Assembly: GCA_903898215.1 (NCBI GenBank)
Contig: CAIUEQ010000143.1
Span: forward strand, 1 to 46,981
From: an uncultured Bacteroidota bacterium
GTDB lineage: Bacteria > Bacteroidota > Bacteroidia > UKL13-3
DNA: 46,981 nucleotides
Direction of reading: 5' to 3'
Shown here: positions 40,383 through 46,981 of the stretch, piece by piece
Layout of the letters: the number at the start of each line of letters is the position of its first letter
Position numbering within the stretch: the first letter of the stretch is position 1
Notes under the pieces: generated by a model
What the model was told of the DNA's origin: nothing
The model's database searches: none
The model's input: only the letters and a program-made list of their open reading frames with translations
Position numbers and translations under genes: made by a program

Positions 40383-41444
40383 TTATTCGTCTTCTTTACT
40401 GATTACATTTTTATGGTAACCTCTCCATTTTTCAATCACTGCTTGCATATCACTCGGCAAATCAGTTTCAAAAAACACCTCTTTTTTGGTTGTTGGATGA
40501 ATGAAGCCAATTGATCGTGCGTGTAATGCTTGTCGCTGACAAAGGTCGAAGCAATTATCGATAAACTGTTTATATTTAGTGAACGTTGTTCCTTTCACAA
40601 TTCTATCTCCACCATAAGTATCATCAGCAAAAAGTGGATGACCAATATCTTTCATATGCACCCGAATTTGGTGTGTGCGACCAGTTTCCAAACGACATTC
40701 TATCAATGTTACATAATGCAAACGCTCTAAAACTTTATAATGTGTAACGCTCCATTTTCCTTTATCGATCTCATCATCTTTATACATTTTAAAAACTCTT
40801 CGATCATAATTACTGCGGCCAATATAACCATCAACAGTTCCTTCATCTTCATCAAAATCGCCCCAGGCAAGTGCGATATACTGACGCTTGATGCTGTGAT
40901 CAAAAAATTGTTTTGCTAAAAATGTCATGGCAAATTCATTCTTTGCTACCACTAAAAGTCCTGAAGTATTTTTATCGATTCGATGCACTAAACCCGGACG
41001 AATATTGTTTTCCTGAGCAAATGCTAAATCTTTAAAATGATAGGCAAGCGCGTTCACTAAAGTTCCGGTAACATTGTTATAACCGGGATGAACAACCATT
41101 CCGGCAACTTTATTTACAATCAATATATCATCATCTTCGTAAACAATATTGAGCGGAATATTTTCGGGAGCAATGGTGGTATCCTTAGGTGGATCAGGGA
41201 AAACCACCGAAATGATATCATCGGGTTTTATTTTATAGCTAGCCTTGGTTGGCTTCTCATTCACTAAAACACTTTCGGCATCAATGGCATTTTGAATTTT
41301 ACTTCGCGATGCATTTTGAATGCTGTTGGCTAAATATTTATCAATGCGAATGGGTTTTGTTCCGGCTGAAACTTCAAAACGGAAATGTTCAAACAGCTCT
41401 TGTTCTTCTTGTGATTCAGTATCTTCTAATTCTTCTTCGATCAT
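40383..41444 (-). CDS. rluD: RluA-family 23S rRNA pseudouridine synthase (RluD-like) with an S4 domain
   Basis: It has the catalytic motif HRIDKNTSGLLVVAK and an N-terminal S4-like segment (IRIDKYLANSIQNASRSKIQNAI). Confidence 0.88.
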   Translation of the reverse strand: MIEEELEDTESQEEQELFEHFRFEVSAGTKPIRIDKYLANSIQNASRSKIQNAIDAESVLVNEKPTKASYKIKPDDIISVVFPDPPKDTTIAPENIPLNIVYEDDDILIVNKVAGMVVHPGYNNVTGTLVNALAYHFKDLAFAQENNIRPGLVHRIDKNTSGLLVVAKNEFAMTFLAKQFFDHSIKRQYIALAWGDFDEDEGTVDGYIGRSNYDRRVFKMYKDDEIDKGKWSVTHYKVLERLHYVTLIECRLETGRTHQIRVHMKDIGHPLFADDTYGGDRIVKGTTFTKYKQFIDNCFDLCQRQALHARSIGFIHPTTKKEVFFETDLPSDMQAVIEKWRGYHKNVISKEDE

Positions 41445-41451
41445 TTTTTTG

Positions 41452-41566
41452 TTTTAACGCAGAGGCGCAAAGAACGCAAAGTTTTTTTATTGTTTGAACT
41501 TTTAAGTTGCGGGTTTGTTTTAAACGCAGAGGCGCAAAGAACGCAAAGAGTTTTTATTGTTTGAAG
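41452..41566. repeat. ~45-bp direct repeat x2 (period 67 bp) of the 'CGCAAAG' dyad family
   Basis: The 26-mer aacgcagaggcgcaaagaacgcaaag is identical at 41456-41481 and 41523-41548. Each copy is followed by tttttattgtttgaa. Confidence 0.9.
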
Positions 41567-41600
41567 TTTGATGTTTGCTGTCACATCAATTGACAACTTT

Positions 41601-41732
41601 TTTCTCGCGGAGTTGCGCTGATTATTTTTCTCGCAGATAACGCGGATTTTCGCAGAGTTTATCTGTGTATTCTATGTGACTATGTGTTAATTTTTTAAAG
41701 AGTTTTTCTGTCCAAATCTGTGTAATCTGTGG
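41601..41732. repeat. string of degenerate dyad repeats (ctcgcgg/ttgcgc, cgcagataacgcggattttcgcagag, ctgtgtattctatgtgactatgtg, atctgtgtaatctgtgg)
   Basis: I read these directly. The 17-mer aatctgtgtaatctgtg at 41715-41731 is identical to the right arm of the 34161-34215 palindrome. Confidence 0.75.
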
Positions 41733-41745
41733 CAACTTTTTTTAA

Positions 41746-42504
41746 TTATGAATTATTAATTCCCAATTCATAAAGCACCGGTTTGCTCGGGCTGGCATCA
41801 CTTTCTATTGAAGCAATTTGAATATTGAGTAAGTATATTCCGTCATTAATTTTATCGTCCACAAAGATCATCTCTGTTATTGTTGCATCCATTCGTGGTT
41901 GTGCGGGATAATTCCAAAATGCATGATGTGCGGCAAGTTCACCACCATCTTCTTCGGCATCAACCGATGGAAGGTCTATCAATAAATGTTTGATATTTTT
42001 TTCTCTCAACCAATTACATAATTCTGCTTCAAGAAACGTTGGAGTATTCCCGGAATATTTTTTGGTGAGTTTATCATCTCCATTCGGAAGTGTGCGAATA
42101 ACTATCGCTCCGATAGCTATCGGAGCATCAGATTCATTTAGTAATTTTTGAACTGCTTTTTTTGTGATGATATTATTTTCGGCTTCAACAGTAATAAGTT
42201 GTGCGATTGAAAAAAAAGTTGTCAGCGTTTGGTTGATGGTGATTTTTTCTTTAGAAATATGTCCCACACATTCGGTATGTGTTCCGTTTCCATGAGGATT
42301 GATAAAAAGGTTTTCGCAATTCACACTACCTCCTTTTGCAACACTTAAAACAATATCTCCAAATTTAAAGGGCTCGATTAATGGTTGTTGAATACCAAAA
42401 GCATTTGGATTATTTTCTCCCGAACGTAAAGGAATAGAAATATCAATGGGTTTATTCAGATCAACTGAAAAGTTTTTTTTATTCCACTCAATATTTATCA
42501 GCAT
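41746..42504 (-). CDS. cyclase-family protein (kynurenine formamidase-like fold)
   Basis: 252 aa with NPHGNGTHTECVGH, resembling the HxGTHxDxPxH cyclase-family motif. Assigned from memory of the family. Confidence 0.65.
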   Translation of the reverse strand: MLINIEWNKKNFSVDLNKPIDISIPLRSGENNPNAFGIQQPLIEPFKFGDIVLSVAKGGSVNCENLFINPHGNGTHTECVGHISKEKITINQTLTTFFSIAQLITVEAENNIITKKAVQKLLNESDAPIAIGAIVIRTLPNGDDKLTKKYSGNTPTFLEAELCNWLREKNIKHLLIDLPSVDAEEDGGELAAHHAFWNYPAQPRMDATITEMIFVDDKINDGIYLLNIQIASIESDASPSKPVLYELGINNS

Positions 42505-42531
42505 GTTTCGTTTTGATTAATGTTACCTTTT

Positions 42532-42656
42532 TTAACACGGAGGCACAAAGTAATTTATATTTTTTAAGACGCGAAGAAAAATTTAGTGCCTTAACATTAT
42601 TCTTTCTCTTTTGTGACTTTGTGTTAAAATAATAGTTGCGGAATTTTAACACAAAG
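42532..42656. repeat. three 'TTAACACAAAG'-type units; the last two form an 11-bp inverted repeat
   Basis: ttaacacggaggcacaaag at 42532-42550. ctttgtgttaa at 42617-42627 pairs perfectly with ttaacacaaag at 42646-42656. Confidence 0.8.
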
Positions 42657-42674
42657 AAATTTATATTTGGCTAA

Positions 42675-43826
42675 ATGATTTTATACACTCAAAAATTATT
42701 ATGGAAACGCATGTTGCTTATCATAGCAGTAAGCATTGGGCTTTTTTCTTTATGGTACACCAATAAACTCGTGCAAAAACTTGCGCATGAAGAGGAAAAG
42801 AAAGTTTTGCTTTGGGCAAATGCAACAAAAGCTTTGCTGAAATCGGAAGGTGATTTTAATTTTTTGTTGGACATTATAAAAGATAACGAAACCATTCCAA
42901 CAATTTTAGTTGATGATAAAGGGAAATATATTTCGAGCAGGAATTTAGATTCTGTTAAGTCGAACGATGAAAAATATATTGCCGAACAATTACAAATTAT
43001 GATGGCACAACACGAGCCTATTAAAATTTTGTATGACGAAAAAAATCAACATTATAATTATTTGTATTACAAAAATTCTATCATCCTCACACAACTAAAA
43101 CGTTATCCGTATTACCAACTTAGCATCATTGCCATTTTTATTTTGATCTCGTATTTTGCATTTAGTGCCTCACGAAAAGCCGAGCAAAATCAAGTATGGG
43201 TGGGCATGAGTAAAGAAACCGCTCATCAACTTGGCACTCCAATTTCGTCATTAAATGCCTGGATAAATTTGATACGTGAAACAGAAAAAATTGACCAAGA
43301 AGAATTGTTGGTTGAACTTGAAAATGATGTTAAACGATTGGAGCGTATCACAGAAAGATTTTCGAAAATTGGCTCCGCTCCCGATCTGAAATCAGAAAAT
43401 GTTGGAGAAGTTTTAAGCAACTCTATTGCCTATTTAAAACCTCGCGTTTCCGAAAAAGTTATCCTTGAATTGATCAATGAAGATCCTGAAACTACTGCAC
43501 TGATGAATATTCCTTTGTTTGAATGGGTGATAGAAAATTTATGCAAAAATGCCATTGATGCGATGACGGGTGAAGGAAAAATTACCATGAATATTATTAG
43601 TGAAGCCGAGAAAGTAACCATCGATATTAGCGATACAGGCAAAGGTATGTCGCCATCAAAATTCAAAACAGTTTTTAAACCGGGTTTCACTACTAAAAAA
43701 CGTGGTTGGGGTTTAGGTCTTTCTCTAGCAAAACGAATCATTGAAGAATACCATAACGGGAAAATTTTTGTAAAAGAATCCACTCCCGATAAAGGAACAA
43801 CATTTAGAATTGTGTTAAATGCCTAA
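42675..43826 (+). CDS. membrane sensor histidine kinase (orphan)
   Basis: Two hydrophobic spans. H-box is AHQLGTPISSL; N/G boxes are ENLCKNAIDAM, DTGKGM and GWGLGLSLAKRI. Confidence 0.9.
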   Translation: MILYTQKLLWKRMLLIIAVSIGLFSLWYTNKLVQKLAHEEEKKVLLWANATKALLKSEGDFNFLLDIIKDNETIPTILVDDKGKYISSRNLDSVKSNDEKYIAEQLQIMMAQHEPIKILYDEKNQHYNYLYYKNSIILTQLKRYPYYQLSIIAIFILISYFAFSASRKAEQNQVWVGMSKETAHQLGTPISSLNAWINLIRETEKIDQEELLVELENDVKRLERITERFSKIGSAPDLKSENVGEVLSNSIAYLKPRVSEKVILELINEDPETTALMNIPLFEWVIENLCKNAIDAMTGEGKITMNIISEAEKVTIDISDTGKGMSPSKFKTVFKPGFTTKKRGWGLGLSLAKRIIEEYHNGKIFVKESTPDKGTTFRIVLNA

Positions 43827-43887
43827 AGTCTTTATTAGGAATATATCGTAGAAAATAAAATGCCACTAAGATTCAAAGACTTTAAGA

Positions 43888-43935
43888 AACACAAAGATAT
43901 CCTTTGTGATGCTTTGTGTTTTAGTGACTTTGTGG
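43888..43935. repeat. CACAAAG/CTTTGTG dyad cluster with a hairpin between convergent genes
   Basis: cacaaag-atatc-ctttgtg lies at 43890-43908. Further ctttgtg copies lie at 43912-43918 and 43929-43935. Confidence 0.8.
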
Positions 43936-43955
43936 CCTCCCAAAAATGGTCTCAC

Positions 43956-46847
43956 TTATTTCAACAAAACTTTTCGTACTTCAATAATTTGTTTTGATTC
44001 ATCTTCTATTCGTAAAAAATAAATTCCAGGTGAAAGTGTAGTTGCTTTTACTTCAATTGAATTTTTCCCTGCTTGTAATTGATAAAAATTACTCCATACT
44101 TTTTCGCCCATTAAATTTATAAGTGTGAATGTGATGTTTGAATTTTGTTCAACATCATTTTCAATTATAAAACTTCCATCGCTTGGGTTTGGATAAATTG
44201 ATGTAGGTTGTTGAAGCGAATTTATGTTTACTGAAACTGTTTTTGAATACTCCAACTTTCCATCAAAATCTACTTGTTTTAAACGATAATATATGGTTGA
44301 CTGTTCACGGTTCACGGATGACAGACTGTGATCTGTGAACTGATAACTGCTTATACTATTTGTTGTTCCGTTTCCGTTAACCTTTCCAATTGATTGCCAT
44401 TCAAAATTATTTTCCGATCGCTCTACTTCAAAATAATTATTGTTTATTTCTGATGATGTAATCCAGTTTAATTGTACGCTGTTTTTTGATATAACTTTTG
44501 CTTCAAATTCAGTAATTATTATCGGTAATGGATTTACACTTGAGTCGGCTCCTATTCCAAAATCTCCTCCGATGGAAGTGATGCTTGTTCTTGATACAAC
44601 GGGTATTGATGTTGTGCCTGTTGGTGTTACTGCCGAACCTGTTAACGCCCATGATGATGATGAACTACTTCTACGCAATAATCGCAATCCTGTTACACTG
44701 CTGATGCCATAAAACCCTGTGCCTGTAACTGTGGTGGTATATGTTCCTCCACTTATTCCGCTTGATGGGGTAATTGTCCAATAACCATTTGGACCTGCTT
44801 TATTTACACTTACAATTGGTGAAATTGAAAAATCTGTTAACGCTGGATTTAATCCCGAACTGCCTGGATTTGTTGGTGTAAATATGGCTGTTAAAATTCC
44901 TCCGCTTGATGGTGATGAAGTATATTCAATTTGTATAGGACGATAAATTGATGATGCACCAATTGGAAATAATCCTGTGCTTCCGCTGTTTGTTGATGCT
45001 GAAAACCATCGTGATAAATTTCCGGTTATAATTCCTGAACCATAAGTAATCGAGCCTGTTTGCGTTGCGCTTGTTCCAATGGTAAGTGTGTTAGTTCCAC
45101 AATTTATATTGGCAAGAATTGCAAGAGTTCCTTTAATTGTTGTATTGGATACAAGTGATTTTGTTGCTCCCGAAACAACTAAATTATAAAATGTTGCAGG
45201 AAGAATATTTTGTGTGCCACTTGCTGTGTACTGAACCGTTGAACCGTTTTCAAATCCCGGTTTATTTGTGATCAATGTACCAAGAACTGTGTATGTAACA
45301 TTATTTCTTACATAAATACTATCAGCTCCAAATGCTAATCCTGATGGGATTGAAGTGTTTAGTGTATTTGTTCCATCTCCAAAAACAACTGCTGTATTTG
45401 TTCCTGTGATATACCAATTATTGCTGATGGTTGGAGATGAATTATTGACAACATTGTAAATCGTATTATTGGCTCCAAAACTTGTTGGGGAAGTTCCTGT
45501 GCCATTTGTATTCGGCCCCCAAGTTGACAATGAATCTAAAGAACCTGTTGATTTTGAATAATAATTATTTGAATATGGAGAATATAATTGTAAAATTTCT
45601 GCTTGTGATAGATCTCTGTTATAAACTCTAATCTCATCAATTCTTCCTTTATAATAATCATTTACGCCTGATGTAGTATACCCAATTACCAAGTCGTTGG
45701 TACTATAACCGATGCTGCCTGTAAATGAAATTGTTGTATCCAAAACACCATTGACATATAATTTTGCTTGTGTGCTATCATAAGTTGCTGACAGAAATAT
45801 CCACCCTGCATTATAAGGTGTTGAAGTATGTGCCTTTGCTGTTTTCTGACTACCTGTAGTTCCGTTTGACAAATCAAACTCCCATTTATCATTGTTATAA
45901 GTTGATAAAGCATAAGAATTATAAGGGTCGGTACCTGGTGAGTATCTTTTTGTAAGCACTGTTGCCCATCCTGCTGATGATTTTGCATCAGGTTGTATCC
46001 ACGCTGCAAGTGTAAGTTTATATTGAGGTTGAATAGAAGCTGATGCACTCACTGTAATTTTATTACTAGTACCATCAAAATAATATGCTGTATTAGATAT
46101 TCCATTTCTGCCGGTTGTGAGTGTCGCACCATATACTGTTCCATGATTTCCAAAACCACTACTGTCGCCAGCATTTCCATTAAATGGATAATAAGCAACT
46201 AGTCCGTTCGAAGCTGTAGAATATACAATAACTAACCTCGGCCACTTGGTGCTGTCTGAATTATCGCTCGATGATAAAACCATACTTCGGTAGGTTGACT
46301 CGGTGATCAATTTCATCATAAAACCATAACTTGTTGAAGGATTATTTATCATATCAATAACAAGATTTCTCACATCGATGCTTGGATAATTTTGTGTGGT
46401 TGATGTGCTTTGCGCAAGCGTATCTTGATTAACTGTAGTGGTGGTTGGTTGATTGTTCCAGGTAACACCACTTTCAGTCCAGGTTGAAGTAATTCTTTGC
46501 AACAAACATGCATTCGCTCCACTGTTTAATTGAGTTACCGAAGACGCAGTATTGCAATACAATGATAAGGTTGCACTTGTTATTATTGCATTTGATGGAA
46601 TAGATGAAAGATCAAATTTTAACAAACCTCTTGCTATAGTTATGCCTCCACTTGTCCATGCCCATGCTGCTAAGTCCGGTGTTGTTCCGTAATTAGTTGT
46701 TGCACTCGAATTATCAATTAACGCATCAATTCCATTTGTTGCATTTGGGTGTAAATTAAGTGTAACCTGAGCTATCATATTGTTCGCAAAAAATGTTGCC
46801 AGCAACATAAAAATATAGCGTATCATTCTTTTCATTTTCATCATCAT
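43956..46847 (-). CDS. secreted DNRLRE-like / LamG (concanavalin-A-like lectin) protein with T9SS type-A sorting domain
   Basis: Start trimmed to the first ATG (MMMKMKRMIRYIFMLLATFFANNMIA|QV); the track start is a TTG. N-terminus is ...NYGTTPDLAAWAWTS...ARGLLKFDLSSIPSNAIITSATLSLY. The LamG block is YYPFNGNAGDSSGFGNHG...IDEIRVYNRDLSQAEI. C-terminus is IYPNPSDGSF...LSPGIYFLRI. Confidence 0.88.
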   Translation of the reverse strand: MMMKMKRMIRYIFMLLATFFANNMIAQVTLNLHPNATNGIDALIDNSSATTNYGTTPDLAAWAWTSGGITIARGLLKFDLSSIPSNAIITSATLSLYCNTASSVTQLNSGANACLLQRITSTWTESGVTWNNQPTTTTVNQDTLAQSTSTTQNYPSIDVRNLVIDMINNPSTSYGFMMKLITESTYRSMVLSSSDNSDSTKWPRLVIVYSTASNGLVAYYPFNGNAGDSSGFGNHGTVYGATLTTGRNGISNTAYYFDGTSNKITVSASASIQPQYKLTLAAWIQPDAKSSAGWATVLTKRYSPGTDPYNSYALSTYNNDKWEFDLSNGTTGSQKTAKAHTSTPYNAGWIFLSATYDSTQAKLYVNGVLDTTISFTGSIGYSTNDLVIGYTTSGVNDYYKGRIDEIRVYNRDLSQAEILQLYSPYSNNYYSKSTGSLDSLSTWGPNTNGTGTSPTSFGANNTIYNVVNNSSPTISNNWYITGTNTAVVFGDGTNTLNTSIPSGLAFGADSIYVRNNVTYTVLGTLITNKPGFENGSTVQYTASGTQNILPATFYNLVVSGATKSLVSNTTIKGTLAILANINCGTNTLTIGTSATQTGSITYGSGIITGNLSRWFSASTNSGSTGLFPIGASSIYRPIQIEYTSSPSSGGILTAIFTPTNPGSSGLNPALTDFSISPIVSVNKAGPNGYWTITPSSGISGGTYTTTVTGTGFYGISSVTGLRLLRRSSSSSSWALTGSAVTPTGTTSIPVVSRTSITSIGGDFGIGADSSVNPLPIIITEFEAKVISKNSVQLNWITSSEINNNYFEVERSENNFEWQSIGKVNGNGTTNSISSYQFTDHSLSSVNREQSTIYYRLKQVDFDGKLEYSKTVSVNINSLQQPTSIYPNPSDGSFIIENDVEQNSNITFTLINLMGEKVWSNFYQLQAGKNSIEVKATTLSPGIYFLRIEDESKQIIEVRKVLLK

Positions 46848-46905
46848 TTGTCCAAACAAAGATGTCTTTTTTTCAGCAAATAAAAATGAGTTGTTTCAGC
46901 AAACA

Positions 46906-46937
46906 AAAATCCCCCGCCTTTTCAGATGAGGGATTTT
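46906..46937. terminator. hairpin aaaatccc-(16 nt)-gggatttt upstream of the LamG gene
   Basis: The stem is 8 bp. It could terminate a minus-strand gene lying beyond the window end, but its owner is unknown. Confidence 0.3.
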
Positions 46938-46981
46938 ATATATATAAAATAAATTTCCTCCCTCTCCCGATAGCTATCGGG

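Noticed and set aside
41452-41566. Possible mini-CRISPR (two identical 26-45-bp repeats separated by unique sequence).
   Set aside because: There are only two copies, no cas genes in the window, and the repeat belongs to the dispersed CGCAAAG dyad family seen at four other sites.
46871-46903. Direct repeat tttcagcaaa x2 upstream of the LamG gene.
   Set aside because: It is only 10 bp in AT-rich sequence, and I have no supporting context.

Overview
This is an AT-rich (about one-third GC by eye) chromosomal segment that looks like Bacteroidota. The evidence is T9SS type-A and type-B C-terminal sorting domains, signal peptides ending in A|Q, and leaderless, tightly packed genes. I saw no rRNA, tRNA, CRISPR array, transposase or integrase. 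About 40% of the window encodes secreted T9SS cargo: 2505 aa and 1543 aa type-B proteins, plus three type-A proteins (tail-fibre-like, BNR propeller, LamG/DNRLRE). These are interleaved with housekeeping genes: cysS, ispH, a glutathione peroxidase, asd, scoAB, clpS, plsY, tpiA, L31 type B, rluD, an inositol monophosphatase, a trans-sulfuration PLP enzyme, a PyrR-like PRTase, and a glutaminyl cyclase cut by the window edge and missing from the ORF track. The best candidate for something undescribed is at 12061-13631. There an ECF sigma gene is translationally coupled (ATGA overlap) to a single-pass membrane protein whose extracytoplasmic end is a diverged T9SS type-B sorting domain, and the pair sits between the two giant type-B cargo genes. 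The second candidate is a LuxR-type regulator with an apparently degenerate receiver domain. It is divergent from a tail-fibre-like gene (S74 chaperone plus T9SS CTD), and the shared promoter region carries three copies of AAATAAACCACA. Most intergenic regions hold short dyad or hairpin repeat families ('CGCAAAG', 'CTGTGTAATCTGTG', 'ATTTCG-hairpin'). All calls come from reading the sequence and from remembered family signatures, with no searches run. Small hand-located elements may be off by 1-2 nt.
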